Virus record (IMG/VR): IMGVR_UViG_3300032282_001405
Coordinates: 1 to 57,128 of that record
Origin: a virus
Taxonomy: Duplodnaviria; Caudoviricetes
DNA: 57,128 nt
Strand: one strand, 5' to 3'
In this document: piece after piece, positions 8,557 through 17,891 of the stretch
How positions within the stretch are numbered: the stretch's first letter is position 1
Layout: the number at the start of each line of letters is the position of its first letter
The notes under the pieces: generated by a model
What the model was told of the DNA's origin: nothing
The model's database searches: none
Seen by the model: only the letters and a program-made list of their open reading frames with translations
Position numbers and translations under genes: made by a program

Positions 8557-10661
8557 TAGAAGGTTCCTCCTGAAACTCCAGAGGTAATTTTACCTGTGGA
8601 AGGGTTTGCTGTCAGCCCTGTGGCAACCAATTGAGGAAGATTTCCTGTATTGGTGCTGACAACTGTGATGTAGTAATCGGCGTTTGTGCTATTTGCAGTA
8701 ATTGCTGTGTTTGTTGCGTTTGTTGCAGATCCAACCGACAAAGTGCTCTGTGCCACATACTGTGGTGCAGTACCGCTCGATGTCAGCACGTAATCTGCTG
8801 TTCCGATGGTTAGCTTTGACAATGTTGTCGATGCTGATGCATACAACATATCGCCTGTCGCATAACTGGTGTATCCAGTGCCACCCAAAGCGGCTGTAAC
8901 AGGCGCTGTAAGGCTGAACTGGCTTCCAGTTAGCGTTAGACCTGTACCAGCGGTGTACGTTCCTGCGCCTGAGAACTGCGTAAACACAATCGGGCTTGTG
9001 CCGACGGTGGTAACAGGAAGAGTCTGCACCCAGCCTGTATTGGCATATAGAGTTCCGTTGGATATAAACGTAAAGTCACCACTTGCAATCTCTACGTTAG
9101 TGTCAAAGTCTGTTGCACGGGTAAGTACTGTTCCGCCAGTTGCCCATGTGTAGATACCGTTATTGGCGGTAGATACTTCGTTCTTAACCAAAATTCGGTT
9201 GCCATTGACTAGCGTATAGCCGTCCAACGTAGTCAGGGCTACTGACAGGGTAAGAGTAGCGCCTACGCCTGAAGATCCGTTGTTGTAGGTAACCGTTCCG
9301 CCAGTAATCGATGCAAGCGTTCCAGTAGTTGCCGCCGCACAAGCCGCATGAATATTTAGATTTGATGCCACAGCATCAACATACTGCTTGGTGGCCAACT
9401 GCAACGCAGATGTAGGGTCTTGCGTGACAGCTACAGAGGTCAATCCACCCAAAGTAAGTGAAGTTGCACCCAGTGCAACTCCAGTTGTTCCAATAGTCAC
9501 TGAGCTATTTGTCAGGCTTGAGTTGCCAATACTGCTCAGCGTGTTAGATGCGCCGCTAATGGTTTTATTGGTAAGCGTTTGGGTGGCAGTATTAGTTGTA
9601 ACCGTATCCGAGCCAACGGTTGCGGTTGTCATGTTAAACACGCCGCCAGTGACTGTTTTACCCGTAAACGTCAAAGCACTCGGCAAGCTCAATATGACGT
9701 TTGTTGTGCCTGATGCTGTAATTTCATTGGCCGTTCCGCTAACCGATGCAACAGCACCAATACCACTAGCCGTAATTGATACGTTTGCCGCGGCAGTCAG
9801 TTGACCTTGGCCATTGACGGTAAACGTACCCACAGAAGAAGATGAACCATACGATCCAGCGGTTACTGTAGTGTTGTCGATTGAAATGGTGCCTGTGGAG
9901 GTGATGGGGCCGCCTGTGAGGCCAGTTCCAGTAGCGATTGAGGTAACGCCAGTACCTGTAGTAATCGCGCCCCATGCACCGTTTGCATAGCCTTCAAAGG
10001 TTGCTGTAGTGGTGTTGTAGCGAAATGCGCCGTTTGAGCCTGCGCGCTGAGCGGTAGTGCCACTAGGGATGGTGATGGAGGCGGTGCCGGGCACGACAGG
10101 ATTACTTGCAATCCCTATCGTAGGCGAACCACCTATGCCATTTCCTGTCGCAACACTTATCTGATCAGCAGTACCCACGATTGTGGTGGCCGTAACAGTA
10201 GTTCCGTTAACCGTTAACAGTCCAACCGCAGACGTGCTAGAGATGTTTTGTAAGAGCTGGCTCAGACCGATTACAGGATTGGCAGAGACGCCATCACCAT
10301 CAGATACGGTCATGCCTGAGCCGACCGTTATTGAGCGATTTACAACCGTGCTAGCGCTGTTTTTAACAACAAATCCTGTGCTGGCGCTATTCAAGCTCGA
10401 CGCAGTACCAGTCATGTTGATCGTCAGCGTACCGCCTGCACCACTGTCAGTTAAAGACAATCCTGTACTAGCGTTCAGATAACGTGCTTGTGTCAGACCA
10501 GAAGTTGATCCAACGGTCAAGAATGGGTAATTCAAAGCACCAGCACCAGAGATTGCACCAGTGGTGGTCTGTACCGTTACGCCGCTTTGAACAACAGGTA
10601 CAAGCTCAGAACCCGTCAAGGCTGACGCGGTTGGTAGTTGGGTGATGGTTACATTTGCCAT
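8556..10661 (-). CDS. Tail fibre protein
   Basis: ITQLPTA N-terminus, GTTAQR...FRYNTT, TQTLTNKTI, ATKQYVD, RILVKNE...NGIY...LTRATD fibre motifs. Confidence 0.8.
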   Translation of the reverse strand: MANVTITQLPTASALTGSELVPVVQSGVTVQTTTGAISGAGALNYPFLTVGSTSGLTQARYLNASTGLSLTDSGAGGTLTINMTGTASSLNSASTGFVVKNSASTVVNRSITVGSGMTVSDGDGVSANPVIGLSQLLQNISSTSAVGLLTVNGTTVTATTIVGTADQISVATGNGIGGSPTIGIASNPVVPGTASITIPSGTTAQRAGSNGAFRYNTTTATFEGYANGAWGAITTGTGVTSIATGTGLTGGPITSTGTISIDNTTVTAGSYGSSSSVGTFTVNGQGQLTAAANVSITASGIGAVASVSGTANEITASGTTNVILSLPSALTFTGKTVTGGVFNMTTATVGSDTVTTNTATQTLTNKTISGASNTLSSIGNSSLTNSSVTIGTTGVALGATSLTLGGLTSVAVTQDPTSALQLATKQYVDAVASNLNIHAACAAATTGTLASITGGTVTYNNGSSGVGATLTLSVALTTLDGYTLVNGNRILVKNEVSTANNGIYTWATGGTVLTRATDFDTNVEIASGDFTFISNGTLYANTGWVQTLPVTTVGTSPIVFTQFSGAGTYTAGTGLTLTGSQFSLTAPVTAALGGTGYTSYATGDMLYASASTTLSKLTIGTADYVLTSSGTAPQYVAQSTLSVGSATNATNTAITANSTNADYYITVVSTNTGNLPQLVATGLTANPSTGKITSGVSGGTF

Positions 10662-10667
10662 GTTGTG

Positions 10668-11015
10668 TTACTGCCCCGGTGATGGACTCAAGGTGTCAAG
10701 GTTTCCGTTGTTGGAAGGCGTTTGAGTATTCTGTTCAGGTGATAAGTCGTACTGATTGTCGCCTGTTGTGATGATTGCGTCAGGATCCACCGCCACTGAA
10801 ACATCAGGACGTGGAAAGCGAAGCGTTATCTTCTCTGTTTTACGTGCAGGCAAACGATAGGGATCCTTCTCATCAGCACAGCCTTGTTGACACACTCGGA
10901 GGCCGGGGAAGTTTGGATCAGGCATCTCTTCCACGATCGCGCGCTTCATCTTGCACCTGTCGCAGATAAATATCGCTATTGATGCATTGCCTGTAGTGTC
11001 AAGGAAACGAGGCAT
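10668..11015 (-). CDS. Small Cys-rich (putative Zn-binding) morphogenesis protein
   Basis: CDRC...CQQGC...PRPD; lies between the adaptor-like gene and fibre genes. Confidence 0.6.
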   Translation of the reverse strand: MPRFLDTTGNASIAIFICDRCKMKRAIVEEMPDPNFPGLRVCQQGCADEKDPYRLPARKTEKITLRFPRPDVSVAVDPDAIITTGDNQYDLSPEQNTQTPSNNGNLDTLSPSPGQ

Positions 11016-11024
11016 TTGTAATAC

Positions 11025-12098
11025 TTATCTCGTATAAACTGAAATATTCGGAGAATAATAAATCGGCGACTTATCGCGCTCTTCTTGCTCAGCCATGATG
11101 AAATACTTCTCGCCCTGTGCTTCCAAGTACTGGATGCGCGCTAGATCAACCGCAGGCAACTCCAAGCTCATCTGGTGAGCTAGCATGCTCTGTATAGCCA
11201 ATAACCAACGATCAGGTATAGCCAACTGTCCATCTAGGGCGCCAACGTCTTCAACTTGGCTGGAATACCAGACAGTCATTTGATAGAAAGCGCTCTGTGG
11301 GGTTGGCCACAAAGTGATAGTCGCATTAGGAATCGTGCGGTTTAACCAGAACTGGAAAGGCTGATTGGCCGTGAAGTTCTTGTTTGGCAGGTTGGTGTAG
11401 TCATCACGGTTCAAACGAGCCATGGTGATCTCAGTAGAGTTCACGCCTAAGTACCACTCACGCACGCCTAGCGTGGTGGTGCCAAAGGCTTGTATGCGGT
11501 AGTACAGGACGTTGGCGCCGGGATCGATGTCTTGCCATATCCACTGCCCATCCGTCACCGTCACCGCAGTTGCGGTGTACAGCGTCGTCCAATTTGTTCC
11601 ATCGCTAGACGCTTGATAACGATAGCTCCACGTTGCCGATCCACCGCCGGCAATGTATGGCATCAAGCCAATAGAGCCAATGTACTGTGGATTGTTTGTG
11701 CCGTAGTTGACTACGATGTTGCCGTTAGCACTAGTCTGTAGGCAATAAGTCGATACATCGTCATCAGCCACGTTTTGGACAATTCCACCAGCACTTGTGG
11801 TGTACGAGCCAATAGGCTGTGTCATCCAACGATACAGGGCGTTTAAGACGTCTACACCACCGTCAGGTAGGGTGTACTCATACTTGTTGGGTTGCAGGCC
11901 GTATACCTGCTTTTTGATGGCAAAGTACTGTATGCCTTGATTGATCAGGTTGCTCAATAGAAAGAACAAAGATTGCTTTGCACTTTGTACTTGCTCAACC
12001 GTCAGTTCCTCAGCCAATTTCCCAGCACGTCGCGCACCGTTGTCAATTAGATTTTGAACGGTGACTACTGTCTGTCCAACGGTGCCGCTATAAGCCAT
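11025..12098 (-). CDS. Head-tail adaptor/tail tubular-like protein with an inserted beta-sandwich (discoidin-like) domain
   Basis: Helical N-terminus and C-terminal LWPTP...IPDRW...LAHQMSL; central YRYQASSDGTNWTTL...YYRI insert. Confidence 0.6.
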   Translation of the reverse strand: MAYSGTVGQTVVTVQNLIDNGARRAGKLAEELTVEQVQSAKQSLFFLLSNLINQGIQYFAIKKQVYGLQPNKYEYTLPDGGVDVLNALYRWMTQPIGSYTTSAGGIVQNVADDDVSTYCLQTSANGNIVVNYGTNNPQYIGSIGLMPYIAGGGSATWSYRYQASSDGTNWTTLYTATAVTVTDGQWIWQDIDPGANVLYYRIQAFGTTTLGVREWYLGVNSTEITMARLNRDDYTNLPNKNFTANQPFQFWLNRTIPNATITLWPTPQSAFYQMTVWYSSQVEDVGALDGQLAIPDRWLLAIQSMLAHQMSLELPAVDLARIQYLEAQGEKYFIMAEQEERDKSPIYYSPNISVYTR

Positions 12099-12107
12099 GT
12101 TATTCCT

Positions 12108-12503
12108 TTACCATCCAGAGCAGTTCCATCGCTTCAAAGAGGCTTTAGCCCTTGGTGCATCGCCCTTAGCGTGCTCCACAACACCGCTCATACGTGCACA
12201 AAAGGAATCCTTGCGTGCGCCCCCTTGAGGCTGTGGTGCTTTGAGGTGTGAACCTGTTTCTCGATTGTACTTTTCTCTACCTTTTTTTGTGAGTCCTGCG
12301 CCTTGTTTTGTCGATAGTTTTTCACCACGACCAACGGCTAGACTCACACCGCCCTCTTTCATTTTGGCGGTTTTTGCTGACTCTTTGAAGGCATCAGCAC
12401 TAGGCGCGCCTTTGCTACCAACTCTGCGCATTTTTTCACCAGAGCCGTTAGCAATTCTTTGCTGTTTTGCATGAATGTTTGCATATAGACCTTGTTTAGC
12501 CAT
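12108..12503 (-). CDS. Small basic protein (DUF6321-like C-terminal domain)
   Basis: GLYANIHAK N-terminus; GLTKKGREKYN...SFCARMSG...SLKRWNC; MKEGG between the two parts. Confidence 0.6.
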   Translation of the reverse strand: MAKQGLYANIHAKQQRIANGSGEKMRRVGSKGAPSADAFKESAKTAKMKEGGVSLAVGRGEKLSTKQGAGLTKKGREKYNRETGSHLKAPQPQGGARKDSFCARMSGVVEHAKGDAPRAKASLKRWNCSGW

Positions 12504-12506
12504 AAA

Positions 12507-12941
12507 TCACCAGCAAGAGTTAGTTTTCTTAACCTTGCCACCCTTAGCTTTTTTCTGATGCATCTTTTCAAAGCCTTCACGAACTTTGCTCAAAAAATCC
12601 ATGCCTTGCGCTTTGTTCATTGGCTTTTGTTTTGCCATGCGCGCCTGCTCTTCACGCACTCTGCGATCTTGAGGAGTATCCATCGCCGAGCCTTCCATAG
12701 GAGGTGGCGACTTCATACGTGACGAAGGACGCTTTTTCAAAGAAGCGTAGTAATCGACATCGCTATCGTATGAGTGTGGGCTGTAAGACTCAGGACGAAC
12801 ATCTCCGCCACCAGCTTTTTTAGCCGCACGCTTGGTGCTGTAAGCAATCGCCACGGCTTGCTTTTGGGGCTTGCCTGCGGCCATTTCAGCCTTAATGTTG
12901 GATTTAAAAGCTTTGTCGGATTTTGATTTGATCAATGGCAT
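12507..12941 (-). CDS. Small basic protein with xAxGG motifs
   Basis: MPLIKSKS...NIKAEM..GKPQKQAVAIAYS; KAGGG and KAKGG. Confidence 0.65.
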   Translation of the reverse strand: MPLIKSKSDKAFKSNIKAEMAAGKPQKQAVAIAYSTKRAAKKAGGGDVRPESYSPHSYDSDVDYYASLKKRPSSRMKSPPPMEGSAMDTPQDRRVREEQARMAKQKPMNKAQGMDFLSKVREGFEKMHQKKAKGGKVKKTNSCW

Positions 12942-12950
12942 GTTATGACC

Positions 12951-13361
12951 TTATGACGTTGCGTAAGATTTAACCATCTCAAGAACAACTGTGTATGTAT
13001 CACCATTGGACTGATCGGATGTGCTGAAAACAATGTTGCCATTTTTTCCTGTGCCAGCATTGTTTGTAATGCCACCAATCTTTGAAAAATCATTTTCATA
13101 ATTGGTGTTGATGGTAGACAAGAAGAATGGAACGTCTGTAGTTGCATCCCAATACATACGTACCTCAAGACCGTGACAGACAGAGGTAATCTTGGTAACT
13201 GTTACGCCATTGCACGCAAAACCCGCCCCATTACTGGTTAAGGTTGACACGTTTACTTTAGTAACCGCAGTTTCACCAGTGCCATCACTGATGTTTGTAA
13301 ATTTCATAATTGCAAGACGCTCACCATCCAAGAGCGTTTGACTTGTGACCGCATCAGCCAT
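12951..13361 (-). CDS. Putative virion structural protein
   Basis: MADAVTSQTLLDGER...YTVVLEMVK, beta-rich; GGAG RBS before ATG 13361. Confidence 0.6.
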   Translation of the reverse strand: MADAVTSQTLLDGERLAIMKFTNISDGTGETAVTKVNVSTLTSNGAGFACNGVTVTKITSVCHGLEVRMYWDATTDVPFFLSTINTNYENDFSKIGGITNNAGTGKNGNIVFSTSDQSNGDTYTVVLEMVKSYATS

Positions 13362-13375
13362 ATATATCTCCAATT

Positions 13376-13402
13376 AAAAGTAGGGGGCACGTAGCCCCCC
13401 AC
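13376..13402 (-). terminator. Rho-independent terminator
   Basis: Minus strand AGTGGGGGC-TACGT-GCCCCCTACT followed by TTT. Confidence 0.6.
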
Positions 13403-13407
13403 TCAGT

Positions 13408-14703
13408 TTACGCTCTTCCGCCGCGTTTGCGGGGCGCCACCGTCACTGATTTCTCAGTTTTTGTAACGCTACCTGCGGGTGCTGGCTTGCTAGTGAAGTA
13501 GTCTTTGATCTTTCCGTAACCTTCTTTGATCATGCTCAAAGGGTTCAGCGCGTCTTCAAGCTCACGGCTTGCTTTGTCTGTAACCACTTTGGGATCACCA
13601 GCGGGGGTAACGGAAGCTCCTTCAGCATACTTCTTAGCCTTGCCACCTTTGGCGTAGCCTCTGTTTACTTCGTGCTTGGCCGTCATGTGAGCATCTTCTA
13701 AATCGTCGGTGTGTGAATCACCTTCAGTTAAATGCTTACCTTCAGGGGTATAGAACTTGGTTCTGTACTCTTCCCAATCACGATCTTTGTAAACTTTGGC
13801 TACGTGTCCTTTTGGGCCAGTGTGGGTCTTAACAAGACGGAGATTTGGTTTCTCCTCTTTTTTTTTAACCTCACCGCCCTTAGCAAAGGTGCCAGACTGC
13901 AAGCTGTTTGCCACTGGACGTGACACAGGCTTGCGTGGCATAGCGACGGGACGACCTGTATTAACAGTACCCCCCGTCGCGTAGGCTTTTTTTGCTGAAC
14001 CGCCCTTCTTGTAGCCGCCGCCGTTAGCTTCTTTAACACCACCAGTAGTCATGTTAGAGACGCCACCCTTGGCTGTGTTAGCAGGACGATTTTCCCAACC
14101 AACTTTGCCGCCTTTTGCGTAGCCGCCACCGTTGGCTTCTTTAATACCTTTGGTACCGTGAGCTTTATCAGTCTTGTCGCCGTCCACCACTTTGGTGTTC
14201 AGAAACTTGCCTGCATTGCCCTTGATAGTTCCGCCGTTGGCATAACCGCCACCGTTCTTTTCCTTGATGCCTTTGGTGCCATGAGCCTTATCGGTCTTGT
14301 CACCATCAACCACCTTGGTATTGAGGTACTTACCAGCATTACCTTTGACGGTAGTTTTGGTTTCAGCGCTGTCGATCTTGCCGCCATCGGCGAATTTCTT
14401 ACCAGCCATAGCCTTCTTGATCATTGCGCGATCTTGAGCGGCATCTTCATGCATGTCAGCCTTGCCACCTTTTTTGGCCATCATCAGAGGGTTCATCGCT
14501 TTACGACGAGCCATCATTGAAGGCTTTTTAGGTGCCATGCCCATAGGGGCGCCAGCAGTAGCAGGCATTTGGGCAGGCATAGTAGATTGCATAGGCATGT
14601 AACCGCCGTCCATCTTTGAAGCAACTTTGCCGCCTTTTTTAAGCTTCAGGATTACTGAAGGCTCTGTGGTCATCATTTTGACCATTGGTTTGAATTGACC
14701 CAT
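13408..14703 (-). CDS. Lys/Gly-rich protein with about 12 xA/KxGG motifs (putative internal head protein)
   Basis: LKKGG, AKKGG, FADGG, YANGG, YAKGG, TAKGG, YKKGG, YATGG, FAKGG, YAKGG, YAEGA, RKRGG; 41-aa internal duplication. Confidence 0.75.
   Translation of the reverse strand: MGQFKPMVKMMTTEPSVILKLKKGGKVASKMDGGYMPMQSTMPAQMPATAGAPMGMAPKKPSMMARRKAMNPLMMAKKGGKADMHEDAAQDRAMIKKAMAGKKFADGGKIDSAETKTTVKGNAGKYLNTKVVDGDKTDKAHGTKGIKEKNGGGYANGGTIKGNAGKFLNTKVVDGDKTDKAHGTKGIKEANGGGYAKGGKVGWENRPANTAKGGVSNMTTGGVKEANGGGYKKGGSAKKAYATGGTVNTGRPVAMPRKPVSRPVANSLQSGTFAKGGEVKKKEEKPNLRLVKTHTGPKGHVAKVYKDRDWEEYRTKFYTPEGKHLTEGDSHTDDLEDAHMTAKHEVNRGYAKGGKAKKYAEGASVTPAGDPKVVTDKASRELEDALNPLSMIKEGYGKIKDYFTSKPAPAGSVTKTEKSVTVAPRKRGGRA
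14109..14346 (-). repeat. Intragenic tandem duplication, 123-nt (41-aa) period
   Basis: KGNAGK(Y/F)LNTKVVDGDKTDKAHGTKGIKE(K/A)NGGGYA(N/K)GG occurs twice with synonymous divergence. Confidence 0.9.
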
Positions 14704-14715
14704 TACGTACTCCTA

Positions 14716-15702
14716 TTAGGAAACTAGGTTTTGGTTTACACCAAGAGCACCAACGCGAGTTGCGTTAGGACCAACTGCGATGCCGGGTAGCGTGACAGCC
14801 ATCACTGTACGGATAATTCCGTTCGATGTAGTGGCAGGCGCATAGGTTCCGCGAACGTCACCAGTACCTGTTGTTGCAGTCGCTGTATCAGCGGCGACAA
14901 ACGTACCAGCGTCTTGCGCTAGTGTGTTGTTGCTCTTGACGCTTGCAACATACGCTACATTAGCGACGCGAACTGGAATACCCAGTACATCACTTGTACC
15001 GATCACAACAGCAGTGGCAGAGCCAGAGATTGTTGCGCCAGAGATCTGGTAGAACGCTTTCAAACCAGTTACGGCAGTAGCGGCAGTGACCACAGTGATC
15101 AATTCGCTCATGGGCTGACCGTAGACGTCATAGCCAGTAACGGTAAATGCACGAGCAGTTGTCGATGAATTTACTTTTACAGCGCGAGGAACATCCAACT
15201 GGATCACAGTTACACCGTCTTGACGAACAACAGACTTAGCTGAAGTGCCAGCAGTCAAAGTGACTGATTGACCAGCAGTTGTTGTTGTTTGCGAGGCGGC
15301 GATGTTGTTTGTAACAGGAGCTTGAGGAACGACATCCCATACATAGACACGACCCAATGGGCCAATACCTAGGCTCATAGGAGCAGGATTGTCATAAGGC
15401 TCTAAGTCATGCAGGGTCAACGCAGTCGTGTTAGCGATGTTGATTGCTTGATTGAGGGTGTAAGTGCCTGTACCACCAGTACCAGTGCCAAAGGCAGTGA
15501 TGTAGGTGCCATCAGTAACACTTGTTCCATCAACATACATACCAAGAGCAATTGGTGCGCCAAAGTTAAGCGCAGTAACTGTCAATGTAGTAGATGATGT
15601 ACTACCTGTACCACCAGTTGCGGTAGTAGAGTAGTTGCGGACGCCAGTACCCATGTAGGTCTGTGCGGGGCCTAAAAATAGGTCGTCGGAAAATTGAGGC
15701 AT
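14716..15702 (-). CDS. Putative virion structural/decoration protein
   Basis: Thr/Ala/Gly-rich beta protein directly downstream of the MCP. Confidence 0.6.
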   Translation of the reverse strand: MPQFSDDLFLGPAQTYMGTGVRNYSTTATGGTGSTSSTTLTVTALNFGAPIALGMYVDGTSVTDGTYITAFGTGTGGTGTYTLNQAINIANTTALTLHDLEPYDNPAPMSLGIGPLGRVYVWDVVPQAPVTNNIAASQTTTTAGQSVTLTAGTSAKSVVRQDGVTVIQLDVPRAVKVNSSTTARAFTVTGYDVYGQPMSELITVVTAATAVTGLKAFYQISGATISGSATAVVIGTSDVLGIPVRVANVAYVASVKSNNTLAQDAGTFVAADTATATTGTGDVRGTYAPATTSNGIIRTVMAVTLPGIAVGPNATRVGALGVNQNLVS

Positions 15703-15736
15703 GGTGAACTCCTTCTTGAAAAGTTTGTTCAGGTTT

Positions 15737-15769
15737 AAAAAAAAAGGGCTGGCTTTTTAGACCAGCCCT
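15737..15769 (-). terminator. Rho-independent terminator after major capsid gene
   Basis: Minus strand GGGCTGG-loop-CCAGCCC followed by T9. Confidence 0.85.
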
Positions 15770-15776
15770 GTTTGCT

Positions 15777-16691
15777 TTAGACGCCAGCAGTGCCGTAAGC
15801 GGCACGCGGATCTGTAAAGCCTACGTCGTAACGCTCTGTAGCCTTGTAGCGCATGGAGTCGGTTTCAAAGTCACCTTCCATGGTCTTCTCAAGACGACGA
15901 CGCATCAACAACTTGAAGCCTTCTGGAGCGTCGGTCTGCACCCACCATGCGGTAGATGAAGTCAAACGTGACAGAACTGCGGCACCCTCGTCCAACAAGC
16001 CAATTGCCTTGATGGGGTTGATGTCGTTGTTTGCGTTGCCTGTACGAAGGACAGACTTCAACAACACTTCGGCTTGGAAGATGTTGCCCGGCGCCACGAT
16101 CAATTGACGTGGTACCAAACGAATCTTCTTACCGTTGTTGTCAACAGCTTGGCGGATTTGGATCAACATTTGTTCCAATGATGTCTGCGACAAGTTAGCT
16201 GATGTAGCCAACTGGTTGCTGAAAGTACCGTTCACGATTGGGTGAGCAGTGCTGATCAAAGGTACGCCGTCGCCACCGGGGTAGCTGGAGTTGAAGGCTG
16301 TGTTCAACACGTTAGCTGACAACAACTCTTTGGTTTCCACCAAAGACTGTGCCAAGTGGCGTGCATAAACTTGACCGATACGGATGTGATCGCCGTCTTC
16401 AACGAGCACTTTGGTCAAAGCGAAGGCCAAGCCATACACTTTGTACACATAGCGCTTTAAGAAGAGTACGCCACCTTGCTGATAGGTAACTGGAGTACCG
16501 TCAGGCAATTGTGGAGCGGCGCCGAATCCATAAAGGACAGGCTCTTCGTGGTAGTTACGTGGAATGCCGTCTTCCTCGCGGAACACTCGGCTCCACTCGT
16601 CGGCACGTTGGTCATAGACTCCATCGAAGCATTCATTGAGGATAGGTTCAACAATACTTCTAAAGTCCGTACTGCGCATTGGTGCGGCCAT
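15777..16691 (-). CDS. Major capsid protein (HK97 fold, Mu gpT-like)
   Basis: GFGAAP...G..VTY, YGLAFALTK.LVED, GDGVPLISTAHP, LIVAP, EGDFETDSMRYKATERY; strong AGGAG RBS; followed by a terminator. Confidence 0.88.
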   Translation of the reverse strand: MAAPMRSTDFRSIVEPILNECFDGVYDQRADEWSRVFREEDGIPRNYHEEPVLYGFGAAPQLPDGTPVTYQQGGVLFLKRYVYKVYGLAFALTKVLVEDGDHIRIGQVYARHLAQSLVETKELLSANVLNTAFNSSYPGGDGVPLISTAHPIVNGTFSNQLATSANLSQTSLEQMLIQIRQAVDNNGKKIRLVPRQLIVAPGNIFQAEVLLKSVLRTGNANNDINPIKAIGLLDEGAAVLSRLTSSTAWWVQTDAPEGFKLLMRRRLEKTMEGDFETDSMRYKATERYDVGFTDPRAAYGTAGV

Positions 16692-16707
16692 GATTTAGCT
16701 CCTTATA

Positions 16708-17307
16708 TTAAGCGATGGCCGTAAATGCGCCAAAGAATTGAGACTGTGCATTCACAACACGAACGATCGTGTATGAATCACCCCATGCATTGTCCACGTA
16801 TGGTGCAATGTCAACCACACGCATCTGACCTTGGGTACCGTTACCAGCGGCAGTTGCAGAGCCTAGAGTAGCTTGCGACAGACCAGTAGTAGAAGAACCT
16901 GCGGTAGTGGCGGTGAAGTTGTATTCATTACCAATTGTGGTTTGTGCCATTGCGCCGTCAGCTTGGATTTCATAAACGATATTGTTATCGTTGTAGAAGT
17001 AAGCTACGCAAGAACCAGCGATGTAAGCAGTGCTTGCAGGCCAGTAGTTAGAGACGCGACGACGACCAGTAGTATCAGTCCACTCAACGCCTGAAAATGC
17101 ACCAGACCACGCAACAGCGGATCCAGATGCAGGAGCAGTAGTTAAAGGAACGATAACACCAGCGGATGCTGAATAGGCAACAGGTTGCCCTTTCAGGATT
17201 TGGGTTCCGTAACCCGACGTAATACCGCCAGCAAGCGCCTGTGCGCGATCCAAACCAGAGGGATGGAACGCAGGACGCAAGCCAAACGGAGCATTAGTAC
17301 TAGACAT
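16708..17307 (-). CDS. Capsid cement/decoration protein
   Basis: NAPFGLRP N-terminus, YEIQAD; immediately upstream of the MCP. Confidence 0.65.
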   Translation of the reverse strand: MSSTNAPFGLRPAFHPSGLDRAQALAGGITSGYGTQILKGQPVAYSASAGVIVPLTTAPASGSAVAWSGAFSGVEWTDTTGRRRVSNYWPASTAYIAGSCVAYFYNDNNIVYEIQADGAMAQTTIGNEYNFTATTAGSSTTGLSQATLGSATAAGNGTQGQMRVVDIAPYVDNAWGDSYTIVRVVNAQSQFFGAFTAIA

Positions 17308-17328
17308 AAAAAACTCCTTAGTTAAAGA

Positions 17329-17874
17329 TTACCCAGCGAAAACTGGGACTTTGCTTGGTTGCTGATCAAAAGAGCCAAGACCTTCACCTTCAACATTAAC
17401 TAGCGACTTACCATTGCTATCTCTTTGCCCTTGGAGACTTTCTAGCTGAACGCGAACTTTGTCGCTTTCCTCACGAGGTTTGTCATGATGGTGATACAAC
17501 ATGAGATCCTGATAAATATCCATTGGCAATTTAAACAGCAACATTTCGTTACAAGCTATATGCCCAATTTGCTCTCCAGATTTAACCTTGTAATCTTCAT
17601 AGCCGGGTAACTCTTCAGATTTAACTGGCACGTACCCATTGCGAATCCGTTTATCGATTGAATCGTAGCTATTGGTTGTCGAAAGCCAGCAAAGGTGCCA
17701 CCCATCCATGTTGGGCAGTTTTGGCAGTGCTGATTGCGTCCATTCCTCGTCCCACATCTTGCGACGTTCTTGCGTAGAAATGAACTTAGTCTCTGGGGCT
17801 GAGCGGCTTGCCTCCACACTTGCGCGTTCCTGACGTCCGCCAGCCTTCAAAGATTTTTTTAAACGTGATTCCAT
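17329..17874 (-). CDS. Conserved head-module hypothetical protein
   Basis: GGGAG RBS before ATG 17874; GWHLCWLS...GYVPVKSEE...MLLFKLP. Confidence 0.65.
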   Translation of the reverse strand: MESRLKKSLKAGGRQERASVEASRSAPETKFISTQERRKMWDEEWTQSALPKLPNMDGWHLCWLSTTNSYDSIDKRIRNGYVPVKSEELPGYEDYKVKSGEQIGHIACNEMLLFKLPMDIYQDLMLYHHHDKPREESDKVRVQLESLQGQRDSNGKSLVNVEGEGLGSFDQQPSKVPVFAG

Positions 17875-17891
17875 ATTATTACTCCCATGTA

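Noticed and set aside
3130-10661. Diversity-generating retroelement acting on tail fibres
   Set aside because: No reverse transcriptase and no template/variable repeat pair noticed
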